Source of the DNA: Bordetella sp.
Lineage (GTDB): Bacteria; Pseudomonadota; Gammaproteobacteria; Burkholderiales; Burkholderiaceae_B
Length of the DNA: 64,000 bases
NCBI GenBank assembly: GCA_035493915.1
Contig: DATJHN010000201.1
Span: 325-64,324 of the forward strand
Direction: 5' to 3'
The notes below the pieces were generated by a model. It did no database searches and was not told the origin of the DNA. It saw only the letters and a program-made list of their open reading frames with translations. Of the stretch, positions 48,222 to 57,518 are shown piece by piece; within the stretch, counting starts at the first letter, position 1; each line of letters starts with the position of its first letter. Position numbers and translations under genes: made by a program.

Positions 48222-49685
48222 ATGGCCGCGCATGATGAATCGCGCTTCGATGTGGTTGTGGTGGGTTGCGGGGTAGCGGGATTGAGCGCGGCGGTGGCCG
48301 CCGCCGATGCCGGCGCCAAGGTTGCGTTGCTGGAAAGATCAACCTATGAAGAGCGGGGCGGGAACACCCGCTACACCGAAGCCTATCTGCGCATGAAGAG
48401 CGAAACGGAGCTGGCGCACGACTTCGAATCGCTGCTGATCGATAACAGCGGCTACTACATCCAGCCGGATTTCGCCGAGTCCACCGTGCGCGACTACGAG
48501 AATTGGTCGCCCGTGGTCAAGGCCTTGCCGTTCACGGACCCGGAACTGATTTCCACCTTTACGGAATCCGTGCCGGACGCCATCGCATGGCTGAAGCGGC
48601 ACGGCGTTACCTTCGGCGAAGCTGGCTTCTATGGCTTGACGCCCCGGCCGTCGCCACGCATCGCGGTCAACGGCGGTGGCCTGCAGCTGGTCGAAACCAT
48701 GACCGCCTGCGCGGAAAAGGCCGGCGTGCGTTTCTTCTACGAGATGACGGCCTATGAGCTGATCCAGTCGGACGACGGCAGGGTCTGCGGACTGAAGGCC
48801 ACGGATACCGCCAACAAGCCGCACCGCTTCGAATGCGGCGCGGTCATCCTGGCCTGCGGCGGCTTCCAGGGCAATTCCGAGATGGTGATCCGCTATATCG
48901 GCGCCAAGGGACGCTACCTGCGCCCAGTGGCGCCGGGCGGCTATTACAACAAAGGGGAGGGCATCAAGATGGCGCTGCGGATCGGCGCCGCGCCTTCCGG
49001 CGATTACGCCGAATACCACGGCCAGCCCATCGATCCACGATCCAGCGCGTCGGAAGCGCTGGTCATGGTTTATCCCTACGGCATCCTGGTCAATCGCGAT
49101 GGCAAACGCTTCATCGACGAAGCGCCCGGCACCATCGACGCCCACTACGAAGAGACCATACGCCTGATCGCGGAGCAAAAAAAAGGCATCGCCTATTGCA
49201 TCCTGGACGACAAGATCAATCGCATCCCCAACTGGAAACGCTGCGTGCGCAGCGACCAGCCGCCCGAGACCATGCCGGACATCGCGTCGCTGGGCAAGAA
49301 ACTGGGCTTTGACGGCGAAGCCGCGCAGCGCACCATCGACGAGTACAACCGCGCCTGCGGCGGCGGCACCTTCAATCCGGAAATCCTGGATGGCGTGGCG
49401 ACGTCCGGGCTGTCGCCGCGTAAATCGAATTACGCGGTGCCGCTGGATACGCCGCCCTTTCACGTCTATCCCATCATCTCGGCGAATACCTTCACGCTGG
49501 GCGGACTGAAGGTCACATCGAACGCGCAGGTCGTCAAGAACGAAGGATGCGTCCTGCCGGGGCTGTATGCCGCGGGCGAAACGATGGGCCTGTACTACGG
49601 CCGCTACCCCGGCGCGACGTCGGTGCTGCGTGGCGCGGTGTTCGGCCGCCGGGCCGGAGAGCACGCCGCCGCGTCGGTCAGGTAA
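48222..49685 (+). CDS. FAD-dependent oxidoreductase, tricarballylate dehydrogenase TcuA-like (fumarate reductase flavoprotein superfamily)
   Basis: DVVVVGCGVAG, RGGNTRY, LACGGF, HGQPIDPR, TFTLGGL, GLYAAGE. Confidence 0.82.
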   Translation: MAAHDESRFDVVVVGCGVAGLSAAVAAADAGAKVALLERSTYEERGGNTRYTEAYLRMKSETELAHDFESLLIDNSGYYIQPDFAESTVRDYENWSPVVKALPFTDPELISTFTESVPDAIAWLKRHGVTFGEAGFYGLTPRPSPRIAVNGGGLQLVETMTACAEKAGVRFFYEMTAYELIQSDDGRVCGLKATDTANKPHRFECGAVILACGGFQGNSEMVIRYIGAKGRYLRPVAPGGYYNKGEGIKMALRIGAAPSGDYAEYHGQPIDPRSSASEALVMVYPYGILVNRDGKRFIDEAPGTIDAHYEETIRLIAEQKKGIAYCILDDKINRIPNWKRCVRSDQPPETMPDIASLGKKLGFDGEAAQRTIDEYNRACGGGTFNPEILDGVATSGLSPRKSNYAVPLDTPPFHVYPIISANTFTLGGLKVTSNAQVVKNEGCVLPGLYAAGETMGLYYGRYPGATSVLRGAVFGRRAGEHAAASVR

Positions 49686-49776
49686 CGGCGCGGCGCAAAC
49701 CGGCGGGACGCGTCGCACCACGCGCCCGCCGGGGGTTTTGACCACATAAATCCATTAAAAATAATCGGAGACAAAC

Positions 49777-50778
49777 ATGGTGAATCACACGTTGAGCCGC
49801 CGCGCGGTACTGGGTATCGCGGGCGTTCTGGCGGGCGCCGCCGTTTTCAATAGCGCGTCCGCGCAGCAGGGCTATCCCGATCATCCCATCCAGTTGATCG
49901 TCCCGTATTCCGCGGGCGGCCCCACCGACGTCGCGGCGCGGGTCATGGCGCAAGCCCTGTCCCAGCGCATCGGCCAGAACATCGTCGTCATGTCCATGCC
50001 CGGCGCGGGCGGGGTCATCGGAACGGACTACGTCAACCGCGCCAAGCCGGACGGCTACACGCTGCTGTTCGCCGTCAATTCGATGGCCATCTTTCCGTAC
50101 ACGCGGTCGCCCGGCAATCCGCTGCCCTTCGATCCCAACGGGTTCGCGCCCATCGGCAGCGTAGCCGAGTCGGCGCACGTGATCGTGGCGAACAAATCCC
50201 TGGGCATCAAGAACATCGCGGATCTGGTGGCGGCCGCCAAGAAGAAACCGGATGGCCTGAGCTTCGGTTCGGCTGGCGTCGGCGGCACCACGCACTTGCC
50301 CGTTGCCCTGTTCGCCCATCGCGCCGGCATCAAGCTGCTGCACGTTCCGTACAAGGGCGCGGCACCGGCCATGACCGATACGATGGCCGGCGTTGTGTCG
50401 ATTTCCGCGCCGGGTTACACCGATGCGGTAAAGGCCGCGATCGATAACGGTTCGTTGATCGGGCTGGCCACCACCTCGGCCAAGCGGCTGCCGTTCCTGC
50501 CCAATGTTCCCACGCTGGCGGAGCAGGGCTACCCCGACATGGTGTTCCCGATCTGGTATGCGCTGTTCGCGCCCAAGGGTACGCCTGGCCCGATAGTGGA
50601 TAAACTGAACGGCGCTCTCAAGGCGATGGCGGCGGATCCGGCCTATCAGAAGGTGCAGAATGCCCAGGGTAACGTCGCGACCTATATGACGCCGCCGCAG
50701 CTGGCGGAAATGTTGAAGACCGACATCGCCAAGCTCGGCACGCGCCTGAAGGATGCCGGCATCAATCTGGAGGAATAA
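49777..50778 (+). CDS. Bug/TctC substrate-binding protein
   Basis: SRRAVL leader, YPDHPIQLIVPYSAGGPTD, VPYKGAAPA, VPTLAEQG. Confidence 0.93.
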   Translation: MVNHTLSRRAVLGIAGVLAGAAVFNSASAQQGYPDHPIQLIVPYSAGGPTDVAARVMAQALSQRIGQNIVVMSMPGAGGVIGTDYVNRAKPDGYTLLFAVNSMAIFPYTRSPGNPLPFDPNGFAPIGSVAESAHVIVANKSLGIKNIADLVAAAKKKPDGLSFGSAGVGGTTHLPVALFAHRAGIKLLHVPYKGAAPAMTDTMAGVVSISAPGYTDAVKAAIDNGSLIGLATTSAKRLPFLPNVPTLAEQGYPDMVFPIWYALFAPKGTPGPIVDKLNGALKAMAADPAYQKVQNAQGNVATYMTPPQLAEMLKTDIAKLGTRLKDAGINLEE

Positions 50779-50784
50779 GACGAT

Positions 50785-52185
50785 ATGGAAGACCTGCTGC
50801 GTGGTGTTGCCGACGTTGGTTCCAACAGCGGTGCCAACGGCGAGTCCACGGCGCTTACCCATTTGCTCGTGGAACGGGCGCTGGACACGCGCCCCGATGC
50901 CTTGCCTGACGATGTGCGCATGGTGGCGCGCGATTGCCTGGTCGACTGGCTGGGATGCGCATTCGCCGCGCTGGATGAGCCGGTCAGCGGCATCGTCGCG
51001 GAGATGGCGCGCGACGAGGGCGGCCACGAGCAGGCCACGATCCTGGGGCGCGCGTGGCGCGGCAGTACGGCGCAGACGGCGCTGGTGAACGGCACCGTTT
51101 CCCACGCGCTGGACTATGACGACGTCAATCTGTCGGTGCCCGGGCATATGTCGGCGGCGATCCTGCCGGGCCTGATTGCCCTGGCGGAACAGCGCGGTAG
51201 CGCGCCGCGCGACGTGATCGCGGCATTCGTGGCCGGCTATGAATTCGCCTGCACGGTGGGGACGCTGGTGGAGCCGGCGCATTACGCCAACGGCTTTCAC
51301 GCGACGGCAACCATCGGGTGTCTGGGCGCCGGCGTTGCATGCTCGCATTTACTCAAGCTGCCGGTGGCGCCGGCCTGCCACGCGGTGGGCGTGGCGGCGA
51401 CGCAGGCCGCCGGACTAAAGGCGATGTTCGGCAGCATGGCAAAGCCGCTGCACGCCGGACTTGCATCGCAGGCGGGGCTGCGCGCCGCGCTTCTCGCGGA
51501 AAAGGGCTTTATCAGCCGCGCGGATATTCTGGAATGCGTACAGGGCTTCGTGCGGGTCCATGGCGCGGATTTCCATCTGGAGCGTGCGCTGGCCGTACCG
51601 CGTGGCGGGTTTCACATCCTGAACAACCTGTTCAAGTTTCATGCGGCGTGCTACAGCACGCACTCCACGATCGAGGCGATCGCGGCGCTGCGGCAGGCTC
51701 ACGGCATCGAAGCCGGCGACGTATCGCGTATCGACGTGGTGGCGGGAGAAGGGTGTTCGATCTGCAATATTCAGCACCCCGCCACCGCGCTGGAAGCCAA
51801 GTTCAGTCTTCGGGCGACTGCGGCTTTTGCCATGCTGGGCATCGATACCAGCAGCCTGGAGACCTGGGGCCAGATCACGGACCCGTCCGTGGCGGCCATG
51901 CTGGGACGCGTGGCCGTCAAGCTGGTCCCGGGGATGAGCTTGAGCGATTCGATCGTTACCCTGGTCCCGCGCGACGGTGCTCCAGTGACGCTGACCTACG
52001 ACTGCGGCGAACCGATCGCCGACAAGGCGGCGCAATCGGCGCGCGTGTTCTCCAAGTTTCAAGCGATATCCGCGCGCACCTTGGGTGATGCGCGGGTGGA
52101 GCGCATCCTGTCCGTGCTGGATTCCTTCGAACACGGTCAGGATGTCCGGGAATTGATGCGATGGTGCGGTGCGCCGGGGCAGTGA
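50785..52185 (+). CDS. MmgE/PrpD-family protein
   Basis: NGTVSHALDYDD, GHMS, GFHAT, KPLHAG, FKFHAACYSTH. Confidence 0.92.
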   Translation: MEDLLRGVADVGSNSGANGESTALTHLLVERALDTRPDALPDDVRMVARDCLVDWLGCAFAALDEPVSGIVAEMARDEGGHEQATILGRAWRGSTAQTALVNGTVSHALDYDDVNLSVPGHMSAAILPGLIALAEQRGSAPRDVIAAFVAGYEFACTVGTLVEPAHYANGFHATATIGCLGAGVACSHLLKLPVAPACHAVGVAATQAAGLKAMFGSMAKPLHAGLASQAGLRAALLAEKGFISRADILECVQGFVRVHGADFHLERALAVPRGGFHILNNLFKFHAACYSTHSTIEAIAALRQAHGIEAGDVSRIDVVAGEGCSICNIQHPATALEAKFSLRATAAFAMLGIDTSSLETWGQITDPSVAAMLGRVAVKLVPGMSLSDSIVTLVPRDGAPVTLTYDCGEPIADKAAQSARVFSKFQAISARTLGDARVERILSVLDSFEHGQDVRELMRWCGAPGQ

Positions 52186-52305
52186 AATCCCTAATAGGAG
52201 GGCGATAGGGGGCCGGGATACCGTCTGGGATAGCTAGGATATTGGATCCAATTTCCCTTTCGGGTGGCGCCTTGGTGCGTTGTCCACCTATGCAGGAACC
52301 GGCCG

Positions 52306-53079
52306 GTGTTGAATATCAGGCAGTTGAATATCCGCTTTGGCGGGTTGCGGGTGCTGAATGATGCCTCGTTCATGGTGCGCGAGAAGGCAATCACGGGATT
52401 GATCGGGCCCAATGGCGCCGGCAAGACGACCCTGTTCAATTGCGTGACCGGACTACTGCCGGCCGCGCGCGGTTCGGTGGAGTTCGATGGGCACGCCATC
52501 CTGGGATGGCGCGCCGACCGCATCGCGCGGGCAGGGCTGGCGCGCACCTTCCAGCTGGCGCGCGGCTTTCCCCGCATGTCCGTATTCGAACACCTGATGC
52601 TGTACGGCAAGCAACAGCCGGGCGAAGGACTGCTGGCCGCCTGTCTGGGCAGCAGCGCGGCGCGCGAACGCGAGGCTGCCTTGCGCGAACAGGCTTTCCT
52701 GGTGGCGCGGCGGCTCAAGCTGGACCATGTGCTGGACCACCTGGTGGTCGACATCTCCGGCGGACAGAAAAAACTGCTGGAAATCGGCCGCGCCCTGATG
52801 GCCGAGCCGCGCATGCTGCTGCTGGACGAGCCGATGGCGGGAGTCAATCCAACTCTGGCGCGCGAGATCGCGGGGCAACTGGCGCGGCTGCGCGATGACG
52901 GCTTGACGGTGCTGTTGATCGAGCACGACCTGGAATTGGTGCGCCTGCTGTGCGACGACGTCGTCGTCATGGCGGAAGGCGCGTTCCTGACACGCGGACC
53001 CTACGACGAGGTGATCGCGAACGCCCAGGTGCAGGAGGCCTATCTGGGCCGGCGCCATGCGGCCAGGACGGTTCAATGA
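52306..53079 (+). CDS. Branched-chain amino acid-type ABC transporter ATPase (LivG-like)
   Basis: FGGL, GPNGAGKTT, RTFQ, LLLDEP, IEHD. Confidence 0.92.
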   Translation: MLNIRQLNIRFGGLRVLNDASFMVREKAITGLIGPNGAGKTTLFNCVTGLLPAARGSVEFDGHAILGWRADRIARAGLARTFQLARGFPRMSVFEHLMLYGKQQPGEGLLAACLGSSAAREREAALREQAFLVARRLKLDHVLDHLVVDISGGQKKLLEIGRALMAEPRMLLLDEPMAGVNPTLAREIAGQLARLRDDGLTVLLIEHDLELVRLLCDDVVVMAEGAFLTRGPYDEVIANAQVQEAYLGRRHAARTVQ

Positions 53080-53834
53080 GCGCGCAGCGCCAGGAGGGTA
53101 GCCCATCCGCGCCATTGTTGGGCGTGCGCGGACTCGCGGGCGGCTACGCGCCTTCGGATCGTGTCGTCAAGGGCGTGGACCTGGAGGTCCAGGCGGGCGA
53201 GCTGGTGGTGGTGGTCGGTCCCAATGGCGCCGGCAAGTCCACTTTGCTCAAGCTGATCGCCGGGCTGCATCACGTGGCCGAGGGCAGCATCGAACTGGAA
53301 GGACGCACGCTGGCGCAGCAGACGCCCCTGGCGCGCGCCCGCGCCGGCATCGGCTTCGTACCCCAGGAAAGCAATGTATTCAGCACGATGACCGTGCGCG
53401 AGAACCTGGAAATGGGCGCCTATCTGCATGGACGCGGCGAAGAGGCGCGCGTCGAGGCCATGTACGAGCGTTTTCCCGTACTGCGCGAGAAACGCCGCGC
53501 GCCGGCCGGCACGCTGTCGGGTGGCCAGCGCCAGGTGGTCGCCATGGCGATGGCGCTGATGGGCCAGCCGCGCATGCTGCTGCTGGACGAACCGTCGGCC
53601 GGGCTGTCGCCCGCCGCCTGCGAGGTGCTGTTCGATACCGTGCGCGAACTCGCCAACGACGGGCTGACCATACTCATGATCGAACAGAACGCCTTGGCCG
53701 CGCTGGATATCGCCGATCGCGGCATCGTCATGGTCAGCGGCACCAAGCGCGCCGACCGCGGCGCCCGCGAACTGGCGAACGATCCGGAAACGCGCCGCAT
53801 GTTCCTGGGCGGCAGCGACCACCCGCCATCTTGA
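53076..53834 (+). CDS. Branched-chain amino acid-type ABC transporter ATPase (LivF-like)
   Basis: GPNGAGKS, LSGGQRQ, LDEPS, IEQN. Confidence 0.92.
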   Translation: MSAQRQEGSPSAPLLGVRGLAGGYAPSDRVVKGVDLEVQAGELVVVVGPNGAGKSTLLKLIAGLHHVAEGSIELEGRTLAQQTPLARARAGIGFVPQESNVFSTMTVRENLEMGAYLHGRGEEARVEAMYERFPVLREKRRAPAGTLSGGQRQVVAMAMALMGQPRMLLLDEPSAGLSPAACEVLFDTVRELANDGLTILMIEQNALAALDIADRGIVMVSGTKRADRGARELANDPETRRMFLGGSDHPPS

Positions 53835-53945
53835 CCGGACAACCATCTTCCAGCCCGCAACCATCCACGTACCGAACGATCCCGCCGTTCCCGACATCCA
53901 CCGTTCCGAACCATCGCCCCAATCCTGACATCGAGGAGCCCCGCC

Positions 53946-55157
53946 ATGCCGAATCTCCCGTACCGCCGCCGTTTCCTCAAGCTGGCCGCCGCCGGCGCCG
54001 CACTGGGCGCGCAGCCCTATATCCTGCGCGGCGCCTACGCGCAGAGCGGGGAGCCCATCATGCTGGGCGCGCTGTCGCCCCTGTCCGGTTCGGGCGCGCA
54101 ATATGGACCGCCGATGCAGCAGGCCATCGCGGCGGTGGTGGACGAAGTCAACGCGGCCGGCGGCGTGCTGGGCCGGCAGATCAAGCTGGTGCGCGAGGAT
54201 TGCCAGACCAACCCGGAGGCCGCGGTGCGCGCGGCGCGCAAGCTGATCGACGTCGATAAAGTGGTCGCGATCATCGGCATCTGGTCTTCGCCCGTTACGC
54301 AGGCGGTGGCGCCGCTGTGCTGGGAGAGCAAAACAGTGATCGCCTGCGCCTCCGGCGCCGATAACCTGACGCATCTGCCGCACCAGGGCTATCTGTTCCG
54401 CACCCAGCCCACCACCACGCTGCAAGGGCGCAAGTTCGGCGAATTCGCGGTGGAGCAGGGCGCGCGCAAGGTGGTCTACCTGTCGCCGCAAACGCCGTTC
54501 GTGCAATCCATGACGGACAACATGGCCAAGGCCATGGCGGCGGCCGGCGGTTCGGTCACTGCCCTGGTGTACGAGGACAAAAAGGCCAGCTACCGCACCG
54601 AGGTGGACAAGGCGCTGGCCGGCAAGCCGGACATGCTGGTATTGGGCGGCTATGTCGCCGACACCTCGGTACTGGTCAAGGATCTTTATCGCGCCGGCTA
54701 CCAGGGCAAGATGCTGTCGTACGCCTACACCGTCAACAAACAGCTGATCGATTCGGTACCAAAGGAGACGGTCGAAGGCATCTTTACGATCGCGCCATCG
54801 CCGGCCGCGGATGGCACGGCCTACGCGCGGCTGAAGAAGATCGTCAATTCGGACAGCCCGGATCCCTATACCGCCCAGGCCTATGACCATGCGGACCTGG
54901 TCATCATGGCCATGGCCCAGGCGCGCAATGCATCGGGCGAGGCCATCAAGGACGCTATCCGCAAGCTCGCCGCCGACGGGGGCCAGCGCGTCGATAACGC
55001 GGCGGCGGGGGTCAAGATCCTTGCCGGCGGCGGCAGCGTCGATTATGTCGGCGCCAGCGGGCCGTGCCGCTTCACGGAAATCGGCGACGTAGCGGAAGCC
55101 AGCTTCCGCTACGAACAGGTCAAGGGCGGCAAGCCCGTACTCTTGAAGATCGCCTGA
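53946..55157 (+). CDS. ABC transporter substrate-binding protein (Leu/Ile/Val-binding family, Tat-like signal)
   Basis: RRRFLK leader, PLSGSGA, VNAAGGVLGRQIKLV.ED. Confidence 0.9.
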   Translation: MPNLPYRRRFLKLAAAGAALGAQPYILRGAYAQSGEPIMLGALSPLSGSGAQYGPPMQQAIAAVVDEVNAAGGVLGRQIKLVREDCQTNPEAAVRAARKLIDVDKVVAIIGIWSSPVTQAVAPLCWESKTVIACASGADNLTHLPHQGYLFRTQPTTTLQGRKFGEFAVEQGARKVVYLSPQTPFVQSMTDNMAKAMAAAGGSVTALVYEDKKASYRTEVDKALAGKPDMLVLGGYVADTSVLVKDLYRAGYQGKMLSYAYTVNKQLIDSVPKETVEGIFTIAPSPAADGTAYARLKKIVNSDSPDPYTAQAYDHADLVIMAMAQARNASGEAIKDAIRKLAADGGQRVDNAAAGVKILAGGGSVDYVGASGPCRFTEIGDVAEASFRYEQVKGGKPVLLKIA

Positions 55158-55167
55158 AGGATCGCCC

Positions 55168-56037
55168 GTGACGGAGCTGTTGCAAGCGCTGGCGAATGGG
55201 ATCATCGCCGGCGCCACCATCGCCTTGCCCGCGGTTGGCCTGTCCATGATGTACGCGGTGCTGCGCTTTCCCAATTTTGCCGTGGCCGGCGTGGCCAGCG
55301 TGGGCGCCTATCTGGCGTATATCGCCAATGTGCGATGGGGCCTGGCGCCGCTGGCCACGGTGCCGGTGGCCTTCGTGGGCGCCGGCCTGGTGGGCCTGGC
55401 CTGCGACTGGGTGGGCATGCGGCGCCTGCGCCGGGTGCCGTCTTCCGACGGCGGCCTGACCGTGGCCATCGTATCGATCGCCATCATGCTCGCCCTGGAG
55501 TCCATCCTGCGCTTCGTCTTCGGCAATGACCTGCGCAGCTTCGACGTGCCCATCATGCGCGATGTGACGCTGGCCGGCATACGGGTCAATCCGCAGCAAT
55601 TCGGCAACCTGGGCATCGCCGTTGCCGTGACGGCCTGCCTGTTCCTGTACTTCCGCTACACCCGCATGGGCAAGGCGATGCGTGCCGTGGCCGACAACCC
55701 GACGCTGGCGCGCCTGAAAGGCATCGATCCCGCCGTCATCGCGGCGCTGACCATTTTTCTGGGCATGGGCCTGGCCGGCGTGGGCGGCGCATTGCTGGGG
55801 ATCGATACCAGCATCGACCCGCTGACCGGCAGCCGTTTCCTGCTGACCTTTTTCGCCGCCAGCGTGCTGGGCGGACTTTCCAGTCCGGCCGGCGCCGTCA
55901 TCGGCGCGGTGGCGATAGGCGTGGCCGAGGAAGTCGCCTTGATCTGGCTGCCGCCCACGTATCGCAGCGCGGTGGGCTTCGTGGCGATCTTCCTGTTCCT
56001 GACCTTCCGTCCGCAAGGCCTGATGGGCCGGCGCTAA
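55168..56037 (+). CDS. ABC permease (LivH-like)
   Basis: QALANG, FPNFA, TRMGKAMRAVADN..A.L.GI. Confidence 0.9.
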   Translation: MTELLQALANGIIAGATIALPAVGLSMMYAVLRFPNFAVAGVASVGAYLAYIANVRWGLAPLATVPVAFVGAGLVGLACDWVGMRRLRRVPSSDGGLTVAIVSIAIMLALESILRFVFGNDLRSFDVPIMRDVTLAGIRVNPQQFGNLGIAVAVTACLFLYFRYTRMGKAMRAVADNPTLARLKGIDPAVIAALTIFLGMGLAGVGGALLGIDTSIDPLTGSRFLLTFFAASVLGGLSSPAGAVIGAVAIGVAEEVALIWLPPTYRSAVGFVAIFLFLTFRPQGLMGRR

Positions 56038-56048
56038 AAGGAATCGAC

Positions 56049-56963
56049 ATGCTTTCCTATCTGGCGTTCTCGCTGACCCTGGCCGCCGTGTACTGCCTGC
56101 TGGCGCTGGGGCTGACGGTGATCTGGGGCTATACCGGCATGGTCAACCTGGGCATCGTCGGCTTCTTCGCGGTGGGTGCCTATGCGTCGGCGATCGCGAC
56201 CACGCGGTTCGGCCTGCCGATCCTGGCCGGCTGGGTCATCGGCGCGCTGGCGGCCGGCGCGGCCGGCGTGGTGCTGACCTATGCAACGCGCGGCCTGCGC
56301 GGCGACTACCTGGCCATCGTTACCCTGGGCTTTGCCGAGACCGTGCGGCTGGTGGTCCTGAACGAAAACTGGCTTACCAAGGGCGCCGAGGGCATCTCCG
56401 GCATACCCGGCCCGCTCAAGGCCGAACTCGGACCCTGGTTCAACACTGCCTATCTGCTGGTCGCCTGGCTGGTGGCCGGGCTGGCCGCCTGGATGCTGGC
56501 GCGGCTGGCCGCCAGTCCATACGGACGCGTGTTGCGCGCCGTCCGCGACGATGACGTGGTCGCCCTGGTGGCCGGCAAGAACGTGCCGCGCTACAAGGTG
56601 GCGGCGTTCGCCATCGGCACCGCGCTGGCCGGCGTGGCGGGCGCGCTCTACGCGCACTTTACGTCGTATATCGCGCCCGACCTGGTGGCGCCGCTGCTGA
56701 CCATCTACGTGTTCCTGGCGGCCACGGCCGGCGGCAACAGCCGTCCCCTGGGCGCCGTGGTGGGCGCGCTGCTGGTGATGGCGCTGCTGGAAGGCACGCG
56801 CATGCTGGCGGAATTCACGTCGGCGCTATCGGCGGTACAGGCGGCCGCCCTGCGCGATTTCATCATCGCCGCCGCGCTGGTGGCCATATTGCAAGTCCGC
56901 CCACAGGGCATTCTGCCGGAACGGATACGGCCGGCAGGCCTTCAACCGAAAGACCCCGCATAG
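56049..56963 (+). CDS. ABC permease (LivM-like)
   Basis: GYTGMVNLG, LRGDYLAIVTLGFAE, SPYGRVLRAVR. Confidence 0.9.
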   Translation: MLSYLAFSLTLAAVYCLLALGLTVIWGYTGMVNLGIVGFFAVGAYASAIATTRFGLPILAGWVIGALAAGAAGVVLTYATRGLRGDYLAIVTLGFAETVRLVVLNENWLTKGAEGISGIPGPLKAELGPWFNTAYLLVAWLVAGLAAWMLARLAASPYGRVLRAVRDDDVVALVAGKNVPRYKVAAFAIGTALAGVAGALYAHFTSYIAPDLVAPLLTIYVFLAATAGGNSRPLGAVVGALLVMALLEGTRMLAEFTSALSAVQAAALRDFIIAAALVAILQVRPQGILPERIRPAGLQPKDPA

Positions 56964-56972
56964 GATAGCCAC

Positions 56973-57476
56973 ATGGAATCGAGAGCATTGCAGTTGCTGC
57001 ATCAATCCTGCGTCGCCGCCGCCTTGCCCAACGGCAGGGACAAGCTGTACCACAGCATCGATCAGGCGCTGGGCGAGTTGGTGGGCCATAAGCTGTTCAC
57101 CATCCTGTACACCTCGCCGGACGCGCAGCAGGTGATACGCCTGTACAGCAACCAGCCCGAAGCGTATCCGGTCAGCGGTGCCAAGAAGATGGGGCCGACA
57201 CCCTGGGGCGACCTGGTCATCAAGCGCGGCCAGCCGTATATCGGCAATACCGCGCAGGACATCCAATGGGCGTTCTTCGACCATGAACTCATCAAATCGC
57301 TGGGTTGCGATTCGGTGCTGAACGTCCCCGTGGTGGTAGAAGGGCAGACACTGGGCACGCTGAACCTGCTGCACAAGGCGGGGTGGTACGAAGACAGGCA
57401 CGTGCCCATCGCCACGCCGTTCGCGTATCTGCTGGCGCCGCTGTTCGCGGCGGTCCGGCGCGAAGCGGGAGGCTAG
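56973..57476 (+). CDS. Stand-alone GAF-domain protein
   Basis: RLYSNQPEAYPVSG.K, SLGCDSVLNVPV..G..LGTLNLL. Confidence 0.75.
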   Translation: MESRALQLLHQSCVAAALPNGRDKLYHSIDQALGELVGHKLFTILYTSPDAQQVIRLYSNQPEAYPVSGAKKMGPTPWGDLVIKRGQPYIGNTAQDIQWAFFDHELIKSLGCDSVLNVPVVVEGQTLGTLNLLHKAGWYEDRHVPIATPFAYLLAPLFAAVRREAGG

Positions 57477-57518
57477 GCTACGCCGCCACGCTACGCCACC
57501 GCGCCAAACTGCCTACGA

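Noticed and set aside
53073-55274. 733-aa minus-strand ORF and similar long antisense ORFs (e.g. 19289-20839, 21388-23070, 49678-51348, 61910-63652)
   Set aside because: Opposite-strand shadows of well-supported genes, expected in high-GC DNA
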